DNA of 27,923 nucleotides from a virus (taxonomy: Duplodnaviria; Caudoviricetes). Location: IMG/VR virus record IMGVR_UViG_3300030098_000745, positions 1 through 27,923 of that record. One strand, written 5' to 3'. Below, one piece after another: positions 7,727-16,262 of this stretch. The first letter of the stretch is position 1. Every line of letters starts with the position of its first letter. The position numbers and the translations under genes were made by a program. The notes under the pieces were generated by a model. The model was not told the origin of the DNA and did not search any database. It worked only from the letters and a program-made list of their open reading frames with translations.

Positions 7727-8220
7727 ATTGAATTATATTTTATTTTTGGTCTATATTTAGTTTTGTTATTTTCATCTTTATAAGCAATCAAGACTTGTTT
7801 TCTGTTGTCTGCTACTTTCCAACTTAAGTGAATCCACGCAGGGTGTGTAGGGTCTAATTCTTTTGTGCTATTACCAAACTCTAAAATACATTGGTCAAAA
7901 TCTAAGTCTAAGTCAATTAATGCTTGGTATATTAAAAGGTTGTCCATTTTACCACGCTTAACAAATTGCATATCTACTGCCTCATATCTACAATGTTGTG
8001 AATTAGCACTTGACCCTATTGCTTCTGATAATTGAGGCGACCTAAAGCCACTTGTAACTCTTAACGCCCCTAAGCGTTCCCGTAGAGGTTGTAAAAGTGA
8101 AGTGGCTAATAAGGTCAATTTCAATACGCCCTCTTTTGTAGGACTATTATCTATTCCTAATCTCAACGCAGTTGATGAATAAAGTAGCTCTTGTAACGTA
8201 AAGTTTTTAGATAATCTCAT
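7723..8220 (-). CDS. Endolysin, peptidase M15A family
   Basis: LSKNFTLQEL..S.TA...IDN, LQPLRE, SGFRS, SQH, AVD, FDQCILEF, WIHLS. Confidence 0.88.
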   Translation of the reverse strand: MRLSKNFTLQELLYSSTALRLGIDNSPTKEGVLKLTLLATSLLQPLRERLGALRVTSGFRSPQLSEAIGSSANSQHCRYEAVDMQFVKRGKMDNLLIYQALIDLDLDFDQCILEFGNSTKELDPTHPAWIHLSWKVADNRKQVLIAYKDENNKTKYRPKIKYNSI

Positions 8221-8558
8221 TCAAATTTAGCTAGATAGATTTTATCAATTTCTTTCTGTATCTCTTTTTTTGTTGCCTCAAGTTGCATCATTATATTAGC
8301 TTCAAATCTTGTAACTTCATTATCTTCATCAAAAATAATAATTGTAGGTACAGACTTAATTTTATGCTTTTTCTGTAGCTCAGGATTATGACAAATAACA
8401 ATACTATCAACATCACAATCTTTTAAAACTGTTATATCAAAATTATTATCTGCATTCCATTCACTATTAAATTGTATAACTGAAACCTGACCAAAACAAA
8501 CACCAATACAAAAAAAGAAAAGTGCAATTAAGATTTGTAATAGATAAGCTATATTCAT
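8217..8558 (-). CDS. Exported thioredoxin-fold protein lacking CxxC
   Basis: Signal peptide ending CFG|Q; VIQFNSEWN in place of V.F.A.WC..C; retains PELQKKHKIKSVPTIIIFDEDNEV (cis-Pro motif). Confidence 0.65.
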   Translation of the reverse strand: MNIAYLLQILIALFFFCIGVCFGQVSVIQFNSEWNADNNFDITVLKDCDVDSIVICHNPELQKKHKIKSVPTIIIFDEDNEVTRFEANIMMQLEATKKEIQKEIDKIYLAKFE

Positions 8559-8561
8559 AAT

Positions 8562-8840
8562 TTATTTATTAAGGTTGTAAAGTCTGTTGTCTATTGTATT
8601 TAATTTGTTTTCAATAGCATCTAGTTTTTTACTATTACTCATGATTGTAGTTCGCACTAATTCATCTTTTAATTCATATTCCGTAGCACTCACCCAATTA
8701 CCCTTTTCTAATGCTTTCTTATTCTCATCAATATCAGCTTTTAAAGTAAAGTATGTACTTGAAACAGAAATAGCCATAGCTACAATTATTCCAATAGTTT
8801 TAATATCTAGTGTTAATTCAGACTTTTCAGTTAATTTCAT
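8562..8840 (-). CDS. Single-TM protein with periplasmic coiled coil
   Basis: TM IGIIVAMAISVSSTYFTL, then heptads KKLDAIENKLNTIDNRLYNL. Confidence 0.65.
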   Translation of the reverse strand: MKLTEKSELTLDIKTIGIIVAMAISVSSTYFTLKADIDENKKALEKGNWVSATEYELKDELVRTTIMSNSKKLDAIENKLNTIDNRLYNLNK

Positions 8841-9037
8841 CGGTTACATTTTTTATCAGCTAAACCTTGTGCAATAATAAGTGCTAATGCAATTAAAACT
8901 ACATTGTTAATTTCTTGGTCATTAATACCAAATGAATCACTAAAAAATAAAACAAATAATGTACCTATTGCGTACCAAAATTTCTTTGATTGAAAAGCAT
9001 CTTCAAATGTATCTAGTATTCTTTTTAAAAGTTCCAT
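8837..9037 (-). CDS. Small two-TM protein (holin-like)
   Basis: SKKFWYAIGTLFVLFF and INNVVLIALALIIAQGLAD segments. Confidence 0.6.
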   Translation of the reverse strand: MELLKRILDTFEDAFQSKKFWYAIGTLFVLFFSDSFGINDQEINNVVLIALALIIAQGLADKKCNR

Positions 9038-9038
9038 G

Positions 9039-10058
9039 TTATATAAGTATTAAATTAATTCCTAAATTGATTGTATAATTTTCTCTATTAAAATAGTTTA
9101 AGTATTCTAATTGAGAATATAAAGAAAATGACCTATTCAACTTCCAATTTGCAATAACGCCAAAATCATAATCTTTTGTGTCTGAGCTATAATCACTCAG
9201 TTTTCCGTTTATAAAGAAATAATTAGCATAAGCCAAAACAAAAAATTTATCTAAATATATGTAATATGATAACCCTGCTACACCAGATAATGTGTATTGG
9301 TTGCCTAATTGTGCTAATTTTTCTCTATTGTATCTACTAGGTATAGTAGCATAATAGTCTTGAAATTGTGCAGTATTTTGTGCTATTGTATCACCATTCA
9401 ATATCCATCTGTAAAATGACTGCTCAAACCTATCTAAATTATTATTGTAGTTTTCATCTATAAACCAATAGTCTTTTATGTAACCTAATTCTTGTGCCAC
9501 TGCTTCAAAATCATTATAATTAGAAAAATCGTTTTTAAAGGGGTTTAGACCATATATAGGGTGATACCTTAGACAAGTGCCTAAAGTGGCTCTAAAGTGC
9601 TTAAAATCGTGTTTATAGCGAAAGTCTATACTTTTATACTGCAAATCAATGTACCCGTTGCTAGATGATTGTATTTTTGTGCTTGTATGTTCGCCTAAGT
9701 ATCTAAACCAAATTTCATGATTTTCAAATTCTATTCCTCTATCTTTAATTTTTTCGTATTCTAATAGGTATTCAAAACCACTTAATGATGACCTATTTAT
9801 AGTAGCATTTTCTTCTTTCCCATCATAATAAAATTTAGGTTTCTTTTCGAATTTATATCGTGAAAGCTTTTTGAGTCCTATATGCAGTCTATAATTAGCA
9901 CCACCATCATTTGTTGTATTTATTAGCTGACCATTATTATAATCATAAGTTTCTATTGGTGTCATTGTTGAATTTAATGATCCACCTGCATAAATAGTTG
10001 AGTATTTATAAAATTGTCCGAAAGACAAAAATGGTATTAGCAATAAATACTTTAGCAT
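9039..10058 (-). CDS. Predicted outer-membrane beta-barrel protein with signal peptide
   Basis: MLKYLLLIPFLSFG|Q; many aromatic alternating strands (FEYLLEYE, IDFRYKHDF, LSGVAGLSYYIY, DYDFGVIANWKL, FSLYSQLEY); terminal strand YTINLGINLILI. Confidence 0.65.
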   Translation of the reverse strand: MLKYLLLIPFLSFGQFYKYSTIYAGGSLNSTMTPIETYDYNNGQLINTTNDGGANYRLHIGLKKLSRYKFEKKPKFYYDGKEENATINRSSLSGFEYLLEYEKIKDRGIEFENHEIWFRYLGEHTSTKIQSSSNGYIDLQYKSIDFRYKHDFKHFRATLGTCLRYHPIYGLNPFKNDFSNYNDFEAVAQELGYIKDYWFIDENYNNNLDRFEQSFYRWILNGDTIAQNTAQFQDYYATIPSRYNREKLAQLGNQYTLSGVAGLSYYIYLDKFFVLAYANYFFINGKLSDYSSDTKDYDFGVIANWKLNRSFSLYSQLEYLNYFNRENYTINLGINLILI

Positions 10059-10585
10059 TATGACAACTTTATTATTTGATAAGTTACATACACATCCATA
10101 GTAAAGCCACCCGCAAAATTTTCAGTAGATGAAAGATATAAAGGCACATTGTCAATAGTAGGAGTTGCTGAAATACCCCCCAAATTAGATACTATATATG
10201 TAGCGTTAGCTGTAACACCTTTCATAAAACTAGCTATATATCCACAAGATAAGCTAGCACTACTGCCTCCTGTGTGTCCAAAAAGTAAAGTTATTTTTGC
10301 ATTTTCTGTGGAGGAATAGGTAGTAAAAACTGTAAAAGCTAAAGGGATAATAGCATACCCACTACCTGCTGCTGAAACTAAAGTTTTTGGAACTGTTTTA
10401 AGTGATTGGGTTTCTGCCGCACTCACAGAAATTTTGTCTGTCTGAATAACATACTTAGAATCTAGCTTTTTTGATGTACCCTCAGCACTTCCTGTGGTGT
10501 CTGATACATCTACAATCATGTACAAATCACCTGTTCCTGTATTGCTATTTGAGGCACTTTTGTCGGTTAGTCTTTGTCCGGCCAT
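10058..10585 (-). CDS. Virion fibre/decoration-like protein
   Basis: N-terminal RLTDK...GDLYMIVDVSDTT...GTSKK attachment-like motif; Ser/Thr/Gly-rich beta domain. Confidence 0.5.
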   Translation of the reverse strand: MAGQRLTDKSASNSNTGTGDLYMIVDVSDTTGSAEGTSKKLDSKYVIQTDKISVSAAETQSLKTVPKTLVSAAGSGYAIIPLAFTVFTTYSSTENAKITLLFGHTGGSSASLSCGYIASFMKGVTANATYIVSNLGGISATPTIDNVPLYLSSTENFAGGFTMDVYVTYQIIKLS

Positions 10586-10664
10586 AATTTAGTTTTTTAA
10601 TATAGTTTTTTAATTTCTTAAAATTCTCCTTACTAGAAGGATATTCACGCCTCTTAACAGCCAT
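10545..10664 (-). CDS. Small basic protein (39 aa); not in ORF track
   Basis: MAVKRREYPSSKENFKKLKNYIKKLNYGRTKTNRQKCLK*; bridges the gap between the adaptor and fibre genes. Confidence 0.5.
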   Translation of the reverse strand: MAVKRREYPSSKENFKKLKNYIKKLNYGRTKTNRQKCLK

Positions 10665-11268
10665 AAGTTGTAATGTTTGCACCTTGCAAGAAACTTCTTA
10701 ATCTGTTGCTCATTGGCGTTGTTGGTTCTAATTGTATTCCTGCAAAATAATTATTAGTTGTTGGATTAAGGTCTGAACCACTATTGCTAGTATATTCAGG
10801 AAATGAACTAGAGTTATTTCTTAAATAGTCAATCATTCTTTGACGATAAAATTCAGCAGCATCAGTTGCAGTGTCCATTAGTGGTTTAATATCATCATAA
10901 GTAGCTGATGAACTTTGTTCTGTAGCACCCATAACCACAACAGAATTGTTGCTGAAACGCAGTCTAAGAAAAGGTGCTAAAGTAGCAAATGCAAATTGCA
11001 CTAATGCAGGTTGCACATAGTTTTCTAATAATGTTTTATAAGCAGCAGGTATATCAGGAAATGGGTCTTGTGATTGGTCGAATATATCACTTTTTAGTTT
11101 AGCATCTAGGTCTGTTCCTAATATCGGTAGTATATTCATATCTTGAGCTAATAAGATATAAGGCATAATAAGGTTATCATCTACTGAACCACCTAATGCA
11201 GTATCTTTTTTTAATCTTGTGCTTGATATGAAGCAAATATGTTGTATTGTATCGTTAAATTCAGCCAT
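10654..11268 (-). CDS. Putative head-tail adaptor
   Basis: FIS...LKK.T.L.GSVD...YI..AQD..I..ILGT.L...FY..R.IDYL.....FPEY helical pattern; directly after the portal gene. Confidence 0.6.
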   Translation of the reverse strand: MAEFNDTIQHICFISSTRLKKDTALGGSVDDNLIMPYILLAQDMNILPILGTDLDAKLKSDIFDQSQDPFPDIPAAYKTLLENYVQPALVQFAFATLAPFLRLRFSNNSVVVMGATEQSSSATYDDIKPLMDTATDAAEFYRQRMIDYLRNNSSSFPEYTSNSGSDLNPTTNNYFAGIQLEPTTPMSNRLRSFLQGANITTYGC

Positions 11269-11276
11269 AATTTATT

Positions 11277-13097
11277 TTATTTTGAGCTTGGGTATTTATA
11301 ATAATCATTACCTGCATCTGCAACACCTTCTGCAATATCTATTCCTCTTGGTCTTGGTGTATAGCTTTTAGGTATGCTATCTGTTTTTTTGTAGTCATCA
11401 TCTAAACTTTGACCCTCTTTTAATTCTGTTCCATCTTTTAATCTGTAAAGGATTGTGCGCCATGAATGTTTGCACCACCGACCTCCTTTGAACTTGAAAA
11501 GTGAATATGGACGTCCTTTGTGTCCTAATTGCTTATTAACACCCTCTCTTGTTGCCTTATCAATATCTTCTAATCTATATACAAAACCTGCATTAGATAG
11601 TCGCATCATATTTTGACAAAATCTCCTTGAACCATTACCTGTTTTATTTGCTCTTTTATTTTTTCTATAATACTTAAAACGAACCCTATAAAATGATTTG
11701 TCTAATTGACTAGGCAAATCTTCTTTGCTTCTTATTTCATCTGCAAACTTTTCTTTGTTTTCTTTTATTAACCTTTTAGCCCATTCTTCATAATCATCAA
11801 CTTCACCCTCATCTTTTTCATCTACTATTTCCCAAACATCAGAATCTATTTGCTCACCATGTAATTCTTCAAAGATTATATTCAAATCATCATCAGACAT
11901 TTCAACAAAATCATCAGAATCAATATCTTCTTTTGACACACCCTCTTTTTCTTGGTCTTCTTCACTTTGTGTTTTAGTAACTTCCAAATCAATGAAATCT
12001 GCAGGTTTAAGCGTTTTAAAGTACAAATCAAGGTTTATATCATTAACTTTAAATATCTTGTTTAAACCCTTTAAAAGCACGTTCTGGAAGGGAATTATGA
12101 TTGTATTATTGAAAAGTGAATAAGAATCGCGTAGCTCGTCTGCATTATTACCCAAGCCACCACCCTCACCACGTATTCCAAAAAGAATTGGATTCACCAC
12201 ACGATGACCGCTGAGAATTTTATTTACAACTTCTGTAGATAAAAATTGATATTTCTCAGAAGCACCATTACTATCTATTGGTACAATTTCTGGTGCTGAC
12301 TCTTTCCCATCATTAAAAGTGATTAGTATTTTTCCTGCATTACCACTAGATGTAAATTTTTGATTAATTTGTCTTTCAATAGTTCTTCTTTCTTCTTCTG
12401 TAGGTACACCATTTGCAAAATTAATCGCCATAGATGGAAACATACCATTTGATATATTAGACAAATGAAATTGAGCAATCTCAAGGTCTAATTGAATATA
12501 ATCTGTAGCAGCCACATAATCTGGTGCAAAGCCATAAAATAATGCAGGGTTTTTATCTCGGATCATTAAGATTTGACTTGCTTGTGTTCTATCTTCTGTA
12601 TTAAAGGCAGCATAAGCTCTAGGTCTGTATTCGCCTTTTTTCCATTTAGACCAATCAGCAGAATAATAATATGTGTCTATTTCACCATCAATCATTTTAC
12701 CACTTCTAATGTATTGTGCAGGTATATGAAGTATTTTAGCAATCTTGCTTCTATCTCTTGACCATATCACATTCACATAACACCCCCCGAATAGCTTTAA
12801 GTCCATAGCTAGGTCTTTTAGCACATCATCATCAGAATTTTCTAATAGCTCTGTTAATCGTAAATATGATTCTTTTGTTTCTGTATTTTCATCAACATTA
12901 GTAGCAGACAAACCCTCACCATATATCATCGCACCTATTGACTTAATTAAAGCACCATTGATAGCACTTCCTAAGAATAGGTCTAATAGATAGTTTGGAT
13001 ATAGATTGTCTTCACCAAAACTTACCCAATCTTGGTTATGTTTCTCAACTAGATGTGGTATATTATAATGTGATAATTTTATTAAGTCTAAATTCAT
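11277..13097 (-). CDS. Portal protein with acidic linker and C-terminal MuF-like domain
   Basis: WVSFGEDNLYPNYL, DLKLFGG, NISNGMFPS, FTSSGNAG, ILSGHRV...LFGI, IIPFQ; tail SRRFC...KGGRWCKHSW. Confidence 0.85.
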   Translation of the reverse strand: MNLDLIKLSHYNIPHLVEKHNQDWVSFGEDNLYPNYLLDLFLGSAINGALIKSIGAMIYGEGLSATNVDENTETKESYLRLTELLENSDDDVLKDLAMDLKLFGGCYVNVIWSRDRSKIAKILHIPAQYIRSGKMIDGEIDTYYYSADWSKWKKGEYRPRAYAAFNTEDRTQASQILMIRDKNPALFYGFAPDYVAATDYIQLDLEIAQFHLSNISNGMFPSMAINFANGVPTEEERRTIERQINQKFTSSGNAGKILITFNDGKESAPEIVPIDSNGASEKYQFLSTEVVNKILSGHRVVNPILFGIRGEGGGLGNNADELRDSYSLFNNTIIIPFQNVLLKGLNKIFKVNDINLDLYFKTLKPADFIDLEVTKTQSEEDQEKEGVSKEDIDSDDFVEMSDDDLNIIFEELHGEQIDSDVWEIVDEKDEGEVDDYEEWAKRLIKENKEKFADEIRSKEDLPSQLDKSFYRVRFKYYRKNKRANKTGNGSRRFCQNMMRLSNAGFVYRLEDIDKATREGVNKQLGHKGRPYSLFKFKGGRWCKHSWRTILYRLKDGTELKEGQSLDDDYKKTDSIPKSYTPRPRGIDIAEGVADAGNDYYKYPSSK

Positions 13098-13108
13098 TTT
13101 TTATTTTT

Positions 13109-13621
13109 TTAATCTTCTTCATAATAATCATAGGTCTGGTAATTAAAATCAGCCTTAGAATCATTTTTATCATATTCTAGATAATTAACATTTTGATAAT
13201 ACTCATTATTTGTTACATTCACAACACCTTTATAAAGTGGTGGGTGCATAGCTTCTGAAACTTTAAGTGATGTGTTACTATCAGAAGTATTTTCATATAT
13301 ATATAAGTCATAAAGACCTAAAGGAAATGTTGAATTAATTTCAAATCTAACCAACCCTGCGGCCAAATCTTCTGTTGTACCTGTAGCAGAATCTCCAGTG
13401 TCTAACAATACAGTATTTATGGTGTAATACCTATCATTGTATGTGGGTTGCCCCATTAAGCTAGTATTAGGTTTGTAAACCTTTTCAGCACCCGTTGCTT
13501 GACTTACAACCCTAACTAAAGGCAAATAATCAGTTGAAGTCATTTTATCCATCAAACACACATATTGAGTGTTGAAGAATTGAGATACTGCAATAAGTTC
13601 TGATACCACAAATTGAAACAT
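13109..13621 (-). CDS. Putative virion (head-closure/neck) protein
   Basis: Beta-rich 170 aa in the structural block (GLYDLYIYENTS); function inferred from position only. Confidence 0.45.
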   Translation of the reverse strand: MFQFVVSELIAVSQFFNTQYVCLMDKMTSTDYLPLVRVVSQATGAEKVYKPNTSLMGQPTYNDRYYTINTVLLDTGDSATGTTEDLAAGLVRFEINSTFPLGLYDLYIYENTSDSNTSLKVSEAMHPPLYKGVVNVTNNEYYQNVNYLEYDKNDSKADFNYQTYDYYEED

Positions 13622-13622
13622 A

Positions 13623-13775
13623 TTATTTTTCTTTTTTTGTTTTTACCTTTTCAAATAAGTTATTTCTAACGCCCTCATAAAGACCCTCAATTTGCTTTTG
13701 TGTTAATTCCTCTAATGGTATTCTAATTGAATCGACTAATTTGCCCTCCCATTCTTTTTTTAATTTCCAAGTCAT
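13623..13775 (-). CDS. Small hypothetical protein (50 aa); not in ORF track
   Basis: MTWKLKKEWEGKLVDSIRIPLEELTQKQIEGLYEGVRNNLFEKVKTKKEK*; preceded by the conserved late motif. Confidence 0.65.
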   Translation of the reverse strand: MTWKLKKEWEGKLVDSIRIPLEELTQKQIEGLYEGVRNNLFEKVKTKKEK

Positions 13776-13786
13776 AGTGTTTTATT

Positions 13787-13813
13787 ATAAATATAAATAT
13801 AACATAATTGTTT
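13787..13813 (-). promoter_or_regulatory. Putative late promoter AAACAA-N10-TTTATATTTAT
   Basis: One of four identically spaced copies; 11 nt upstream of ATG 13775. Confidence 0.7.
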
Positions 13814-13823
13814 TTTAGTGTAC

Positions 13824-13852
13824 AAAAAAAGGGGTAATAAAACCCCTCTTTT
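13824..13852 (-). terminator. Rho-independent terminator after the major tail gene
   Basis: Minus strand AGGGGT-tttatt-ACCCCT followed by a T run. Confidence 0.85.
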
Positions 13853-13872
13853 CTTATATATTAGAGTAACGA

Positions 13873-14466
13873 TTACGAACCCTCAGTTATTGTTAAGTTT
13901 GCTTCATCAGATAAACCATCAAAAGGATATTTAGCAGTAGCAACCCCTGCTGATGCAGGTAGTTGAATAACTGCATTTTTTTCTTCTGCTGACCACTCTA
14001 TTGTGTATCCTGTCAAATCACCTTTAGCAGTTCCAGTAATAACTGTACCACCTGACACATGACAACCACCATCAATTCCTAATAAAAACACATTATCGTT
14101 TTCATCTTGTACAAAGATTTGAGCTCTACTATAACCCATAAGTCTTAACTCATTTGTCATATCGTGGTCAATCTTTTGTAGTGTTATTGATAATGCTTGT
14201 GTAAAAAATAATGTACCATTTGCATTATCAGAGTTTGTGGTTACTGTCAAGCTAGATAAATTTGCAACTAAGTTATACTTAAATACCTCAATTGTACCTG
14301 AACCACCAGACCAATTTGCAAACCCTGCCGTAGTCATTTCAGTAGTGTTAATTGTAGCAGTAGCAGAAATGTTGTCAGAATACGCTTTGCAAATATAAAT
14401 TGCTTTTAAACCACCTATACTATCTTTGCAGTCTATTTTTCGCCCTCTTGTTAAGTCACAAGCCAT
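13873..14466 (-). CDS. Major tail tube protein
   Basis: MACDLTRGRKIDCKDSIGGLKAIY...NGTLFFTQAL...TGTAKGDLTGYTIE; follows the capsid gene, bracketed by terminators. Confidence 0.7.
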   Translation of the reverse strand: MACDLTRGRKIDCKDSIGGLKAIYICKAYSDNISATATINTTEMTTAGFANWSGGSGTIEVFKYNLVANLSSLTVTTNSDNANGTLFFTQALSITLQKIDHDMTNELRLMGYSRAQIFVQDENDNVFLLGIDGGCHVSGGTVITGTAKGDLTGYTIEWSAEEKNAVIQLPASAGVATAKYPFDGLSDEANLTITEGS

Positions 14467-14492
14467 AATTATTATTGTATTAAAAAGTTAAT

Positions 14493-14518
14493 AAAAAGGG
14501 GGTATATTGCAACCCCCA
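14493..14518 (-). terminator. Rho-independent terminator after the major capsid gene
   Basis: Minus strand GGGGGT-tgcaatat-ACCCCC-TTTTT. Confidence 0.8.
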
Positions 14519-14533
14519 TTTTAAAAGTATCTA

Positions 14534-15520
14534 TTAAGTCCAAACAGTTGAACCGTAAACACCATCTGTTGCAACCGCAGTCTGAACACCGATAGCAAAA
14601 TTCATAACAACTCTAACGTTGTCAGAACCATCATATTGGTATGTTGGGATCAATCGAGCTTCTGTCCAATCTGTAGCTAAGTTAGTTCCAAATACTAAGT
14701 TTTCAGGGTAAGTGAAAAGGATAGTGTCGTTGAACATACCAGGACATCTGTAAATTGGGTATCCAAAGTAAGTAGCAGTGTCAGCTTTTGCATCAAATCC
14801 TAATCCAGAAATTTGTCCTTGATTAGAACCTGCACTAGCTAATGCCTGAATATAGAAACCATAAGTTTTATTATTCATGTAGAAACCAACGCCAGGCTTA
14901 GTAAGCATTCCAGACAGGTCAGATGCAGCTTTATCATATACCGCAGCCATATCAGTTAAGATATCACTAGCAGCTAAAGCATCAGCAAAATCTACTTCGC
15001 TAAAGTCTTTACAAGCAGAAGCATCAGCACCCGCTTCATCTTGTGTTCCATCGTCAGATAAGAAACCAACTCCAAAAGGAGAAGATCCTTGCCATATTCC
15101 GATTTCTAATTGAGCAGCAGCTTTTCCTGCAACAACTTGTAATAAGAAGTCAGAAAAAGATTGTGGTAAGTCACCATTTCTATCCATTCCTTGCCCCATC
15201 CATGTAGGGAAAATTGTACCTCTACAAATTTCTTCATTTACTTTAAGGTCAGTTAATGAAAGAACTTGCTCCGTAGTTGATGTGTCATTTCCACTTGAAA
15301 AGCTACACGCAGCAGCCACAATTGGGTTCGCACAAGCTATGTTATTAATAACTGCACTTTTTGTTAGTCCATCTAAGACTCTTACGTATCCTTTAGCAAC
15401 TGTGTCAGGACTTCTCAAGGCAGCAGTAACATAAGGCATCGCGTGAACACCTGCGTATGTATCACCATTTACGGTAATATCAAACTCTCGGTATTTTGAT
15501 AATTGAATTTTATTCGCCAT
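14534..15520 (-). CDS. Major capsid protein (HK97 fold expected)
   Basis: 328 aa after protease and scaffold; TYAG...Y, EIGIWQG, YFGYPI..CPGM, NLVFGT, DGSDNVRVVM.F motifs. Confidence 0.85.
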   Translation of the reverse strand: MANKIQLSKYREFDITVNGDTYAGVHAMPYVTAALRSPDTVAKGYVRVLDGLTKSAVINNIACANPIVAAACSFSSGNDTSTTEQVLSLTDLKVNEEICRGTIFPTWMGQGMDRNGDLPQSFSDFLLQVVAGKAAAQLEIGIWQGSSPFGVGFLSDDGTQDEAGADASACKDFSEVDFADALAASDILTDMAAVYDKAASDLSGMLTKPGVGFYMNNKTYGFYIQALASAGSNQGQISGLGFDAKADTATYFGYPIYRCPGMFNDTILFTYPENLVFGTNLATDWTEARLIPTYQYDGSDNVRVVMNFAIGVQTAVATDGVYGSTVWT

Positions 15521-15531
15521 TTTTTTAAAAT

Positions 15532-16221
15532 TTATTTGTTAGTAATGTAGTATGCTGTCCTCTCCATTGGTGACAGTTTTGCTAAGTTAATAGTTGAATC
15601 AACATTTGAACCTTCTGGATTGTATTTAATGCCCTCATCCGCAGGTTGACCACTTAATTCAACTATTTTAGTTTTAAGTTCTTCAATTTGTGTAGTTAAT
15701 TCACCAATTATTTCTGAACTCATTTCTGTTTTTTCTTCTGTATTATCTTCTTTTGAAAGTTCCTCAGTTTCTTCTTCAGCTTTTTTACCAAATACTTTTT
15801 CTTCTAAAGCAGCAACTCGGTCTTTCATTTCTTCAAATGTTTTCGCCCAATCAGTTTCTTCTGCTTCTGATTCTTCTGCTAATTCTTCTTCTTTAGATTC
15901 TTCAGATACTTCTTCTGATAATTCTTCTTCTGATGCCTCAACATCTTCAGCTTCTTTTTCTTCACCTAAGTCAAGAATTTCTGATGAATCACCAATAGTC
16001 AATTTGTTTCCATTTTCCATTGTATAACTTCCTGCTTCTAATGATGAAGCCTCGCCATCATCACTGATAGCAAATACTTTAGATCCAATCATAAATTGCT
16101 CATCTTCTGTAGCAATAATACGACCATCATCTAATTTCATTTCTGCATAAAATTTTACAGAATAAGATTTTGGTTCATTTTTCATTTTTAAGATATTTAA
16201 AATTTTTTCTAGTGTTCCCAT
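15532..16221 (-). CDS. Capsid scaffolding protein
   Basis: Glu-rich with coiled coil; LDDGRII...LEAGSYTMENG N-domain; lies between protease and capsid. Confidence 0.75.
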   Translation of the reverse strand: MGTLEKILNILKMKNEPKSYSVKFYAEMKLDDGRIIATEDEQFMIGSKVFAISDDGEASSLEAGSYTMENGNKLTIGDSSEILDLGEEKEAEDVEASEEELSEEVSEESKEEELAEESEAEETDWAKTFEEMKDRVAALEEKVFGKKAEEETEELSKEDNTEEKTEMSSEIIGELTTQIEELKTKIVELSGQPADEGIKYNPEGSNVDSTINLAKLSPMERTAYYITNK

Positions 16222-16229
16222 AACTAACT

Positions 16230-16256
16230 ATAAATATAAAAGGGTTAATGTTGTTT
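16230..16256 (-). promoter_or_regulatory. Putative late promoter AAACAA-N10-TTTATATTTAT
   Basis: 8 nt upstream of scaffold ATG 16221. Confidence 0.7.
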
Positions 16257-16262
16257 ATTTCT

